A stretch of DNA of 64,000 bases from a virus: IMG/VR virus record IMGVR_UViG_3300045988_140928, positions 1 to 64,000 of that record; one strand, given 5' to 3'. The translations under genes and the position numbers were made by a program. Of this stretch, positions 36,705 to 46,303 are shown piece after piece. Positions within the stretch are counted from its first letter, which is position 1. Each line of letters opens with the position of its first letter. Under the pieces are notes generated by a model. That model saw nothing but the letters and a program-made list of their open reading frames with translations, did no database searches and was not told the DNA's origin.

Positions 36705-39700
36705 CTACCCAACTTCATTACTATAATAGCTTGCATATTGTTCTGTTTTTTTAGATTGCAACCAAAGATTAAATTCATTATTAATTGTTTGATCTACAAT
36801 CTGCTGTAAATTAATAATTCGACTACGATTAATATTTACATTAACATTAACTTTTCCACGATTTCTCTGAACTTTAATATAGTTTTGAGACTTTCTAATA
36901 TTCTGTCTAAACAGCGTTTGTAATTCTAATGGGTGTTGTAAACTCATACTAAATTGATTACTAGTAGACCGGGCCACACGTGTACTATACGTGTCTCCAG
37001 TAGCATGGTAACGAATACCACCAGTAGCATTAGTTTTAATAGGATTACCAGTAGGACCCCATCCACCACCATAGTGAATATCTCTAGCCCAATTAGAATC
37101 ATTAAACAAAGCAAGCAATTGGTCATAACCAGATTTAATATTAGTATGACCTTTAACTGCATAATGTTCAAAAGTTGAAGGAACATATTGTAACAGACCT
37201 TGAGCCGGGTGACCATTAGCGGAGTTAATATCACTAATCTGCTGAGTAATAGTAGGATCTCCACCAGACTCAGCCTTAATCATGGAAACAATCATATTAA
37301 CCTGTTCGTCTGATACACTATGCCCCATTGCTTTGGCGGCTTTTTTAATATCATCTTTCCACTCTTCTGGAGGCTTAGCAGAATCTCCCCCTGAGTCACT
37401 ACCTACATCATCACTAGAGCTAGAACTACTACCAGACTCTTTAGCTTTACGCAAGAAAATATCCCAGTAAGTATTAAGATAGTCAATTAAACGCCACTCT
37501 GACCTATGAAGTCGCTTGTATTTATTTTGAACTTGCTTAGCTAACTTACTAACAGTCATACTAGAGGTTTTATGCTCTTTCTTACTATTAGATCTTTCTT
37601 TTTTATCTGACTTAGTGGGGTTGACTGTAGAAGCATGAGCTTTATTATCGTTCTTATAGCTATCATATAGTGCATAAGCTCCCATACCTACCCCGATTAA
37701 AGCGCCAACTTTTCCTACTCTCCTAATAGGAACTTTAGAACGTGAGATACCCCTAGAATTAATTTTAAGGCTATTTTTAGAGGCTTTACTTGCTTTAGTA
37801 CCAGATACATTAGAATTATGATTACCCGCCTTAGAGGGTTTTACAATTGAAATTACAGTATCTTTTAAATTACTACCTCTACCTTTAACAACAGATAGAG
37901 TATCTTTAAATCCCCTACTCTTAATACTACCCTTTAACTTCTGATAACCTTTCTTACCATAACCACCATAGATTAGGCCTACACCAAGATCACCAAGCAT
38001 AGATACACCCATAGCTGTTCCTGCCCCAGAAAAAAGATTACTTACCCAGAAAGTCTTATTTATCCAATTAAGCTTATGAGTAAAATGGTTCAAAGCATGA
38101 GAAGCTTTAATCTCGCTTTCTTGGATAGCCTTTTGCTGTTGCTGAATTGTTTTAGCACCAGTCTTATCATACTTATCCTTATTACCTTTACCATTCCCTT
38201 TAATAATCTTATTAACATTCTTCTTAGTAAACTTACCTTTTTGGTAAAGCTCTACTAAGTCTTTAGCTTGTTGTGGAGAAAGATTACCACCATTATCTTT
38301 TGATAACTGATAAAGGTTAGCAGAGGCAATAGTAGTGACACCTTTCTTAGTACGAGCTTGAGTCTTAGCACCTCTTACAAGATTATCAATAGCAGTTTTG
38401 TATTTATAAGGATGCTTAGAAGCGTCCTGCATATCAAAAATAGCCTGAGCATAACCCTCTCTTGTTTGGTAGGCTGGATTATTACCAGTAAACAATCTAA
38501 GAGAGGCTACGTTACTAGGCTGAAAAGCTGAGACCAAACCAGCATAAGCTTGCGCTCCCTGTTGCCCTTGTAATTCAGACTTACCTGTTTGAGCCATAAT
38601 TCCTTGAAAACCAGCAAGTTCCTTTTGATCCCTAGTAGTTAAAGTGCTACCAGAAGTGGTAAAAGCTGTTTGATACATATTAGCCAAAGCCTGCTGTTGT
38701 TCATTAGCTTTAGCCTGCATTTTAGAATTAGTAATCTCATTTTGAATTGCATTAGCTAAACTACTAAATTCCTTAGTACCTGCTAATGAAGTCATAGCAC
38801 TTACGTATTCTAAATTCTGTGTAGTAGAGTCATTAGCACCAGAATAGCGAGATAATCCAGCCCAAGACTTAGTTACATCTTTAATCTGATTTTGACTTAA
38901 ATTAGCATTTCCTGTAGCGGAGGTATAGTTATTAAGATATGTTCCCATCTCATCTAAACCATAACCCATACTATAACCTGCGTCTGCTAAAGTATTCTCT
39001 ACTTTATTTTCTCCTAAACCAGAAGCATAAGCAGTTGACTTAACATTATCAAAGTTATTTAGGATAAGATTATTTCCTGTATTGTAAGCACGGATTGTGC
39101 TACCAACAGCCCCGACAATAGCAGAGCGAGTAAAAATTCTCTTATGAGTATTAAAAAAGCCTTTTAGCGAATCCTTAGCAGGAAGAACGACTGTCTCTGT
39201 AGTCTGTTTATCATGTAACTTAGTACTAGAAAGATTAATTCTAGCACCGGTATTATTAAGTGTATTAGCTAGATCATTTAAAGTCTGGTCTACCTTCCTC
39301 ATCTTAACAATCTGTTCATCTAGTGCAGAACGTTTAGTAATATCTTCCTTACTACCATTACCAGATTGAATACGATTATTAAGAACATTTCGTTCCTTAG
39401 TCAACTGTTGTAACTGACCATCATATCTATTTTTTAATTCTTGGTATTGGTTACTATAAATATCATATTCATTAGACTGCGTTTGATTTTGATCTTGATA
39501 TTTCTGCCAGCGTTCATAGGTAACAGCCCCATTATGAACACCACGATCCCAACGCCTTTCTAGTATCTTACTTCGATTACTTAATTTTCCTACACTATCT
39601 TTTAAATCAGTTAAGTCATGTTGAAAGTCGGAATTAAGCTTATCAAAATCACTAGTTCTAAAAGCTCTTGACGAAGTAACTCTATAATTATTTACTTGAT

Positions 39701-40037
39701 TAAACTTATAAGAAGAAAAGAGTTGATTAGACTCCTCACTAGCGTCTGTCAACTCTTTTAATTCGTCTAAATACTTACTGATCTGGTCTGTAGAATTAAC
39801 AAGTCTTGCTTGGTCTAATTGTTCATTAGCCTGTTGTTTTTTATCATTAATTGCTTGTACAAGACCAGATAAATGACTTTGTAAGTTAGTTAGATCTTTG
39901 TCACTTACAGTATTGTTATTATCTTGACCTCGCTGATAGACCCGATCAATTTCTTTATTTAATCTGTTTAATTGACTAGCAAGAGATTTAAAACGACCAT
40001 CGCCAATATCAAGCTTTACTGTATATTGTGACATCAA
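36705..40037 (-). CDS. tape-measure protein 1 with C-terminal lytic transglycosylase (SLT) domain
   Basis: 1110 aa, helical and Gln/Asn-rich, downstream of the chaperone pair. SLT pattern KAESGGDPT...AQGLLQYVPSTF. Confidence 0.8.
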   Translation of the reverse strand: MMSQYTVKLDIGDGRFKSLASQLNRLNKEIDRVYQRGQDNNNTVSDKDLTNLQSHLSGLVQAINDKKQQANEQLDQARLVNSTDQISKYLDELKELTDASEESNQLFSSYKFNQVNNYRVTSSRAFRTSDFDKLNSDFQHDLTDLKDSVGKLSNRSKILERRWDRGVHNGAVTYERWQKYQDQNQTQSNEYDIYSNQYQELKNRYDGQLQQLTKERNVLNNRIQSGNGSKEDITKRSALDEQIVKMRKVDQTLNDLANTLNNTGARINLSSTKLHDKQTTETVVLPAKDSLKGFFNTHKRIFTRSAIVGAVGSTIRAYNTGNNLILNNFDNVKSTAYASGLGENKVENTLADAGYSMGYGLDEMGTYLNNYTSATGNANLSQNQIKDVTKSWAGLSRYSGANDSTTQNLEYVSAMTSLAGTKEFSSLANAIQNEITNSKMQAKANEQQQALANMYQTAFTTSGSTLTTRDQKELAGFQGIMAQTGKSELQGQQGAQAYAGLVSAFQPSNVASLRLFTGNNPAYQTREGYAQAIFDMQDASKHPYKYKTAIDNLVRGAKTQARTKKGVTTIASANLYQLSKDNGGNLSPQQAKDLVELYQKGKFTKKNVNKIIKGNGKGNKDKYDKTGAKTIQQQQKAIQESEIKASHALNHFTHKLNWINKTFWVSNLFSGAGTAMGVSMLGDLGVGLIYGGYGKKGYQKLKGSIKSRGFKDTLSVVKGRGSNLKDTVISIVKPSKAGNHNSNVSGTKASKASKNSLKINSRGISRSKVPIRRVGKVGALIGVGMGAYALYDSYKNDNKAHASTVNPTKSDKKERSNSKKEHKTSSMTVSKLAKQVQNKYKRLHRSEWRLIDYLNTYWDIFLRKAKESGSSSSSSDDVGSDSGGDSAKPPEEWKDDIKKAAKAMGHSVSDEQVNMIVSMIKAESGGDPTITQQISDINSANGHPAQGLLQYVPSTFEHYAVKGHTNIKSGYDQLLALFNDSNWARDIHYGGGWGPTGNPIKTNATGGIRYHATGDTYSTRVARSTSNQFSMSLQHPLELQTLFRQNIRKSQNYIKVQRNRGKVNVNVNINRSRIINLQQIVDQTINNEFNLWLQSKKTEQYASYYSNEVG

Positions 40038-40042
40038 TTCAC

Positions 40043-40525
40043 CTACTCATCATCAAATTCATAATTATTAGACTTCTCTATTAATTTTCTCCAGTTATCG
40101 TCTACTTGAGCTTCTGCATTACGTTGCTTCAATTCATGCTCTTCAATAGCTTGCTTAATCTTAAAATCAAGAACCTCATCATAGTTTTCACTAACACCTT
40201 GTCGAGCATCTTCTTTAGCCTTAAGTTTAAGCGTTTGCTTATAAATATCGTCTAAGTCGTCACCCTGTTCAAGAAGCTCAACATTTTCGTTAGAGTAGAA
40301 CTTCTTTTCAAAGCTCTTATCTTCTACACGAGATACCTCTTTTTCACCTTTAGCTTGACGTTCGGCTTCTTTTACGTCTTCATTCATAGACGCAATAATA
40401 AATTCCCGCTGAGCAAAAGTAAGAGACTTTAATAGGGGGTCATTAGGAAGCACTTTAAAGAACTTCATAATAGCCCACATATTTCGACCAGACGTAGAAC
40501 GAACTAAAGTTTCAATTCCACCCAA
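40043..40525 (-). CDS. tail assembly chaperone extension ORF (T-like), probably expressed by frameshift from 40584..41216
   Basis: There is no RBS before the TTG. Its frame is open upstream to 40612, overlapping the end of the upstream ORF in the +1 frame. Confidence 0.55.
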   Translation of the reverse strand: MGGIETLVRSTSGRNMWAIMKFFKVLPNDPLLKSLTFAQREFIIASMNEDVKEAERQAKGEKEVSRVEDKSFEKKFYSNENVELLEQGDDLDDIYKQTLKLKAKEDARQGVSENYDEVLDFKIKQAIEEHELKQRNAEAQVDDNWRKLIEKSNNYEFDDE

Positions 40526-40583
40526 GCGATTTAAGGCTGGAGAAAGATTGATATTCCAATCTGGATGTTCTTTTATATCTTTT

Positions 40584-41216
40584 CTACTGGAGCTGGTCTT
40601 GCAGAAAAAAGTCTAGCCATTCCTCGTAATCACGGAATACATCTAAAAGAATATCTACTCGATACGTCTTATCTACATCAGTAAACCAGTTAGGTACATT
40701 GTCACCAACCACACGGAAATAGCCAATAGCTAAGTATAGATCTTGTAAACCAGCCAAGAAACCAGCACCTCGCCCAGAAGTAAGATCAACAAACTCCTGT
40801 TGAATTTCAGCTTGTTCCATTACACTAGGTGCGTGCATTTTAACTACAAATTCACGCTTTTGTCCTTTAGCAGTAGAAACTGTATACTTCTTAACAAAAT
40901 GGTAGTCATCGTTATTTTGAATAACAGAGGACAAAGCCTCTTGTTCCTTTTGATAATCACTTACTTGTTGCTTACTCTCTACTTGGTCTTTTAAATCTGC
41001 CTTATCCCGTTTTAAAGCTTGAAGTCTTTCTTCAAGCTGTTTAATTCTTACATCATCAGAAACAGGCTCTTGTTTCTTTTCTTCTTTAGATTGTTTTTCT
41101 TCTACAGGTTGAGCTTCCCCACCACGTGGTGCTATCCCTGTATGTTCTCGCACTTCACGTTGTTGTGCTTGTGCTTTCTTCATTTCAGCTAAGATTTCTT
41201 CTTTTGTTTTAGCCAT
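40584..41216 (-). CDS. tail assembly chaperone (G-like)
   Basis: 210 aa, positioned just upstream of the tape-measure genes. Lys/Glu-rich N-terminus and acidic helical C-terminus. Confidence 0.6.
   Translation of the reverse strand: MAKTKEEILAEMKKAQAQQREVREHTGIAPRGGEAQPVEEKQSKEEKKQEPVSDDVRIKQLEERLQALKRDKADLKDQVESKQQVSDYQKEQEALSSVIQNNDDYHFVKKYTVSTAKGQKREFVVKMHAPSVMEQAEIQQEFVDLTSGRGAGFLAGLQDLYLAIGYFRVVGDNVPNWFTDVDKTYRVDILLDVFRDYEEWLDFFLQDQLQ
40602..40613 (-). other. candidate +1 slippery site GAC UUU UUU CUG
   Basis: The U6 run lies inside the only window (40587..40612) where both frames are open. Confidence 0.4.
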
Positions 41217-41252
41217 TTTATATCCTCGCTTTCAGTCAATATTTAATATATG

Positions 41253-41285
41253 AAAAACCCCATACCAAGTTAATGATACAGGGTT
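41253..41285 (-). terminator. terminator after HE-like gene
   Basis: 11-bp stem with three G.U pairs (minus strand only) followed by UUUUU. Confidence 0.5.
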
Positions 41286-41313
41286 ATAATTTAATTAATT
41301 ATTTTATTGTAGA

Positions 41314-42459
41314 TCAGTCTGCATAATGAGTCTGAACATGGTTTTGAGCCTCGATCTTATCTAGGGTTTCCGATACCAATTTGCTAATACTTGATAAAGT
41401 ATCGTAAGTGTATTTTATCCTTAAAAGATTAATATTATTATCTAAACAAAATTGATCTTTTATTCTATCGTGTTTAACTAAGTCTGTAGAATAAAATTTA
41501 GAACCTCTATCAAAATGCTGTTTACCATCATATTCTATACATAAATTATAGTCTGGTAAATAAAAATCAAAGGGAAGCCTACGCTTATCTCTACACCCGT
41601 CAAACTTAAATTCTCTACAATACTCGATACTTAACTTATCCAATACCTTAGCAACCATAGAATTACCGTGACTAGATCCATGTTGAAAACACCAAGGGCA
41701 ACGGTGACCACTACCTATAAAATCATAAGGAATCATACTAAAACTCTTCCTACATATTTTATGCTTAAAAACAACTTTAGTCTTAGCATTTTTATATTTA
41801 CTCAATACTGTATAGTCACCATCAGTTAAGTTACATACAGTCTCTTCAAATTCTTGCTGTGTCCTTCTATGCTTTCCAAAACATCGAGGGCATCTTTCTC
41901 CTCCTAAGAAAGCAGTAGGACTAACCATATACACATTCCCACAAGAAAAATGTTTAACCTTGACCTTTGTATGTGAATTTTTATATACACTTAATAATTT
42001 ATAATCATCTTTTGCAACATAATAGAAGTCATGTTCAAACTGCTTAGGTGTTTTTCTAACTCCCCCTTTGCATCGAGGACATCTAGCACCCCGCAAAAAA
42101 GCACTAGGTGATACCTCATATTCATTCCCACACTTATTATGTTTCATCAAAATTTTAGTATTACTACCTACATATTCACCTAAAATAGAATATTCATTTC
42201 CTACTAAATTATATACCCTATCTCTAAATTCATCTGTAGTAAGTCTACACTTGATTCCTTTTTCTTTATCTGAGCAATAAAGACAAGTAGCTCCCCTATA
42301 AATATTACTAGGAAACATTAAGTTAATATGACCACATTTTAAATGCTTAACCCTAACTCTCGTAGTTGAGTTAACATACTTATCCAAAATAGCGTAATCG
42401 GAACCTAAAGCTCTAGTTGCCCTCTGAAGAAATTCTTCATTAGTTAATTTCCTAGACAT
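41314..42459 (-). CDS. free-standing HE-like protein (4 Zn-ribbon modules + Vsr/DUF559-like nuclease)
   Basis: 381 aa. Core LPFDFYLPDYNLCIEYDGKQHF..RIKDQFC..INLLRIKY. The C-terminus IEAQNHVQTHYAD duplicates the sheath C-terminus. Confidence 0.7.
   Translation of the reverse strand: MSRKLTNEEFLQRATRALGSDYAILDKYVNSTTRVRVKHLKCGHINLMFPSNIYRGATCLYCSDKEKGIKCRLTTDEFRDRVYNLVGNEYSILGEYVGSNTKILMKHNKCGNEYEVSPSAFLRGARCPRCKGGVRKTPKQFEHDFYYVAKDDYKLLSVYKNSHTKVKVKHFSCGNVYMVSPTAFLGGERCPRCFGKHRRTQQEFEETVCNLTDGDYTVLSKYKNAKTKVVFKHKICRKSFSMIPYDFIGSGHRCPWCFQHGSSHGNSMVAKVLDKLSIEYCREFKFDGCRDKRRLPFDFYLPDYNLCIEYDGKQHFDRGSKFYSTDLVKHDRIKDQFCLDNNINLLRIKYTYDTLSSISKLVSETLDKIEAQNHVQTHYAD
41317..41355 (-). repeat. direct repeat B (copy of the sheath gene 3' end)
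   Basis: ATCGAGGCTCAAAACCATGTTCAGACTCATTATGCAGAC compared with 42576..42614. The differences are mostly synonymous. Confidence 0.7.
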
Positions 42460-42491
42460 TCCCCATCACCTAACCTTACATAGTTAAGCAT

Positions 42492-42520
42492 AGAATAACC
42501 CTACAAAGTAAAGAAGTCAA
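42492..42520 (-). promoter_or_regulatory. promoter TTGACT-17-TATTCT for the HE-like gene
   Basis: -35 at 42515..42520, -10 at 42492..42497. Confidence 0.45.
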
Positions 42521-42569
42521 AAGAAAAAAAAAAGAAAAGGACTTAATATCCCCTTCTATTTATCCTAAA

Positions 42570-44513
42570 TTACATATCTGCATAGTGAGTCTGGACTCTT
42601 GAGTTGGCTTCAATCCCAGCCACAGTCTCCGTGTCTGGGTTAATTCCGTTCCCTTCAATTCCACTGTAATCAGAGTTAGAACCACCATTACCACCAGCAC
42701 TTGATACAAAGTTAGTATAAGTACCAGCAACGTAGATAGTTCGTAGTCCACGTGATGGAGCACAGGAGAATGAAACATAAGCTTGATTACCATTGATTAC
42801 TGTTTGGATTGATGTAGCATCATAACTAGCTAACATACCATCAGAAACACGTTGTTTCAAGAATGCTTCAATAAAAGTATTAATCAAACCACTTGTAATT
42901 TGATGTACCGGCATACCAATGAAGTTGTCTTCAAGGTAATAACGCAAGTCATCAAATAAGAAGTCTGTAATTTCCTGTAATGAAACAACATTCTTAGTAG
43001 GTTCGTTAGTAGAGTTATAAGTAGTTACGTCTTCTACAATAGTAAATCCACCGGACGTATTTCTACGTACTTGGTTTTCAATAGCGATAACACCATTAGC
43101 GTCTAATTGGTCCAGTTCGTCACCATCAAAGTTTTGATCTAAACTTACTAAGTTAAGATGCTTATAAGTAACTGGTGTACCAATAGGTAAACTAGAAGCA
43201 ATACCAGCAACATAAGAAGCCATGAGGTAAGCAGGAATATGAACTTCCTTACCAGACAAATTAGTGTAAGTACCAGAGTTAGCAACAAGAGCTACACGGT
43301 TGGATTGCAGACCTAGCTGACGGTTAATTGCATAATTGAAATCTTCGTTATAGCCACCACCTACAAATGACATGTAGTTATAACCTAAAATGTTTTCTTC
43401 ACTAAGGAATTCAGCTAATTCAGCATGAACGTTTTCTTCAGCTGTTAATGGAACAATGTAGTAAACATTCTTACCATGTACATTCTTAAATTTATCAGCC
43501 CATGAAATAGGTACTTGACCATCGTCTCCACCAGAAAGGTATTCATTAGCAAAAATTTGAATATCTTTCTTAACTGGAGTAGCAGTAATAGTAGCACCAT
43601 CAGCAGTAGGAGTAGCCTTAACTTCTGTAGGTGCACCTAATGAATTAATGCTTACTGAAATGTAAGGGTCCATTCGAGTAGATAACTTCAAATCACCGTA
43701 AACACTAGTAACAGTAGTAGGTTCTTCTTCCGTACCAATCAATACGTAGTCGTCACCCGGTGTTAAATCTAAGTCTGCCGTGTTAATACGGGCACAAGTC
43801 TTCAAAACTGTCGATTGAAAGCCCGGTGTTGCATTAATAGCAGACAAAAGCTTTTGAACCTGATCAAATGAAACTTTAGTAAGGTCCAATTCACGTACTA
43901 CTTGCATATTCTTAGGATCATCACCCATAGCTAGGATAAACTTATTAGCACGAGCAACATTACCTACAACTTTATAACCGTAGTACTTTGCAGTAGCTTG
44001 GCGACCTCCATGGTAAATGCCAAAGATATTACCAATGTTAGTGTAGTTCTTAGCGTACATTTGTGGTTCATATTCTACCCGTAAAGTATAACCCTGTGAT
44101 AAAGCGTCCCGAGTAAATGAAACCCCAATCTTATTAGCACTAGCACCAAAAACTTTAGAAGTAATAGTGATGGGGCCTTCTTCTAGTGAAGCTTGCGTAG
44201 CATTTTCAACCCGCATAGCGTAAACCTTACCACCATTTTGGTAGTAATCACCAGTTGGATTCCAGATTAATTCCATTGCCTTTACTAAGTCACCAGAACC
44301 AAAAATCTTTCGAGCACTGGCAGATGACTTAATTTCATAAACATTATTAGGATTACCTTCTGTTGCTGAACCTAGCAAAAAGATATTCTTTTCTGAGTCT
44401 GAAGATTGGTTAGTTAAGGCTGAGTCATCATAACTTGTTTCAACATGAGGACGTGAATTATAAAACTTTGGATAGATTCGCTTCATAGTATCAGATGAAG
44501 GAATTAATGCCAT
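42570..44513 (-). CDS. tail sheath protein
   Basis: The start is set at the ATG at 44511..44513 (MALIPSS). The N-terminal pattern FLLGSATEGNPNNVYEI...GDLVKAMELIWNP resembles SPO1-like/Twort-like sheath proteins. 647 aa. Confidence 0.8.
   Translation of the reverse strand: MALIPSSDTMKRIYPKFYNSRPHVETSYDDSALTNQSSDSEKNIFLLGSATEGNPNNVYEIKSSASARKIFGSGDLVKAMELIWNPTGDYYQNGGKVYAMRVENATQASLEEGPITITSKVFGASANKIGVSFTRDALSQGYTLRVEYEPQMYAKNYTNIGNIFGIYHGGRQATAKYYGYKVVGNVARANKFILAMGDDPKNMQVVRELDLTKVSFDQVQKLLSAINATPGFQSTVLKTCARINTADLDLTPGDDYVLIGTEEEPTTVTSVYGDLKLSTRMDPYISVSINSLGAPTEVKATPTADGATITATPVKKDIQIFANEYLSGGDDGQVPISWADKFKNVHGKNVYYIVPLTAEENVHAELAEFLSEENILGYNYMSFVGGGYNEDFNYAINRQLGLQSNRVALVANSGTYTNLSGKEVHIPAYLMASYVAGIASSLPIGTPVTYKHLNLVSLDQNFDGDELDQLDANGVIAIENQVRRNTSGGFTIVEDVTTYNSTNEPTKNVVSLQEITDFLFDDLRYYLEDNFIGMPVHQITSGLINTFIEAFLKQRVSDGMLASYDATSIQTVINGNQAYVSFSCAPSRGLRTIYVAGTYTNFVSSAGGNGGSNSDYSGIEGNGINPDTETVAGIEANSRVQTHYADM
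42576..42614 (-). repeat. direct repeat A (sheath gene 3' end)
   Basis: ATTGAAGCCAACTCAAGAGTCCAGACTCACTATGCAGAT encodes IEANSRVQTHYAD. Confidence 0.7.
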
Positions 44514-44542
44514 TTTATCCCGTTCCTTTCTACTTAACAATA

Positions 44543-44752
44543 TTAACCATTAATATAATGGTCTAGTTCTTCAAGATATACATGTGGATCGTATACAAAA
44601 AGCATATCCTTAGAACGCATTAAGTTACTAAATCCAGCAAGCTGTATATCAGTTAATTTTCGATACTTAGCCATTCCCTTAACTGTAGACAAAAAGTCTT
44701 CCAAAGAGTAAAGGGCTAGCTTTTGAGCTTTCTTCACCAATCTATTCACCAC
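44543..44752 (-). CDS. hypothetical small virion-module protein
   Basis: 69-aa ORF overlapping the upstream gene by 11 nt. Confidence 0.5.
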   Translation of the reverse strand: MVNRLVKKAQKLALYSLEDFLSTVKGMAKYRKLTDIQLAGFSNLMRSKDMLFVYDPHVYLEELDHYING

Positions 44753-45587
44753 CTAAAATAATCTTATCTAATGTTTGATTCATATTCTGTTTAATCGTTT
44801 GGGTTACATGATAATTTACAGTTAAACGGCGATAGTACAATTGTTGACCACCAAGACTATTTTCTGCTGTACTTACGTCTTGAACCATATCCATACCATT
44901 TAACTCAACACTAGGCAAAAAGACAGCGCCGTTATCCTCTAATGACTTTCGCAAATAGGTTTCAATATAAACAAATATTCCAGAAAGACAACGAATAGTA
45001 TTTGTATTATTGGAGATAAAATCTATTGTTACAGCTTCTATGGTATTTATACCTATTGGATAAGACTGACCTGTATTTTCTTCTTTAATTATATAGAACA
45101 GATCAAATTTAGAATCTTTATTATAGATAGGTAAATAGGGAATATAGACCTTATTGTCCCTTACTTCATATACATTAGTTTGCGGAATTGAGTAAACACT
45201 TTTAATAGGTTTACTAGGTTGTAAATAAGCTTGTTTACCATCAACAACCACAGGTAATTTTTCATGGGTTAAATTCCCGTTATCATTAGAAACTAAATTA
45301 CCTTGGTAATTACCTAATACTGCGTTATCCTCGTCTTCCTGTGATCCCTTAAACTGTGCTAATAAAAAAGCTGTTTTAGGGGGTGTCTGGGGAAAAGCAA
45401 AATAAAGAGGAATTTCAACCCCATGATTACCCTTTCCAATTCCGTATGTATTAATAAAGTTATCTACAATTTTGTCGGGAAGTTGGCTAAGTATTTCCTG
45501 TTTTATAATATAGGGATTAGCAAGTATACCTTTTAAGAGGGAATTAACCTCATCGACTATATGCTGATCTACTAATTCAATACTCAT
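44742..45587 (-). CDS. neck/tail-completion module protein (family not recognised)
   Basis: 281 aa, positioned between the connector genes and the sheath. Confidence 0.55.
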   Translation of the reverse strand: MSIELVDQHIVDEVNSLLKGILANPYIIKQEILSQLPDKIVDNFINTYGIGKGNHGVEIPLYFAFPQTPPKTAFLLAQFKGSQEDEDNAVLGNYQGNLVSNDNGNLTHEKLPVVVDGKQAYLQPSKPIKSVYSIPQTNVYEVRDNKVYIPYLPIYNKDSKFDLFYIIKEENTGQSYPIGINTIEAVTIDFISNNTNTIRCLSGIFVYIETYLRKSLEDNGAVFLPSVELNGMDMVQDVSTAENSLGGQQLYYRRLTVNYHVTQTIKQNMNQTLDKIILGGE

Positions 45588-46300
45588 TAACTATTCTCAC
45601 CTGCCTTATTGTATCTATCTATAATTTGTTCAATTGCCTGCTGTACAACTTTAGCGACCTCTTGTGCTTGTTGTTCATTTTCTGTTTCTTGATTAATTTT
45701 TGCATTCATACCCGATTTTGAGGTGACCCATGAATTAGGATCTGACTTATCTGAAACAGTACGGAATGATATATACTGTCCTCTTGTAGCTGAACTACCA
45801 AACCGTTCACGAGTAACGCTAGTAGACTTCCACTGATAAGCAATTGGACTACTATTAACTCCTCCAGCATTAGATAAAATCTTTTGAAACCTAGCTATAT
45901 TCTCATCTGCACTAGAAGTAGTACCAAACTCAGTATGACTAATTGTGTCCCATAGTCTACGACCAAAAGCTTGACGATATTCCGTTGCACGATTTGAAAT
46001 TGGTATTCTAATATACCAACCCCCATCTTTAGTAGGCTTAGCCTTAGGCGAACGAGCAAAAGCCTGTTTTAAATCATAAAACCCTACATTCTCATTATTA
46101 GCATCATTCAGAATTCGATAAGCCACAGACACACTAGATCCACTATCTCTAACTGCAAGATTACCAAAAGTCTTTTTTAATTCATTAGCTAAACCTTTAG
46201 TATAGGACTCAGTAATCTGCTTTTCGTCTATCTGCTTATTAAAGAAATCATGGAGACCTCTAATAGACTCATTACTAATTAAATCTGATATTTGAGCCAT
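45587..46300 (-). CDS. neck/head-completion module protein (family not recognised)
   Basis: 237 aa, translationally coupled to its neighbours. Confidence 0.55.
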   Translation of the reverse strand: MAQISDLISNESIRGLHDFFNKQIDEKQITESYTKGLANELKKTFGNLAVRDSGSSVSVAYRILNDANNENVGFYDLKQAFARSPKAKPTKDGGWYIRIPISNRATEYRQAFGRRLWDTISHTEFGTTSSADENIARFQKILSNAGGVNSSPIAYQWKSTSVTRERFGSSATRGQYISFRTVSDKSDPNSWVTSKSGMNAKINQETENEQQAQEVAKVVQQAIEQIIDRYNKAGENS

Positions 46301-46303
46301 TAC

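Noticed and set aside
41217-42569. The HE-like gene after the sheath gene as intron-encoded.
   Set aside because: No S element (AAGAUAUAGUC) or P7/P3/P8 core is present in the flanks. The gene has its own promoter, RBS and terminator, so it is free-standing.
42570-42740. The Gly/Asn/Ser-rich C-terminal extension of the sheath ORF (about 50 aa) as an intein or a separate small gene.
   Set aside because: It is too short and has no intein blocks. The frame is continuous with the sheath and there is no internal start with an RBS.
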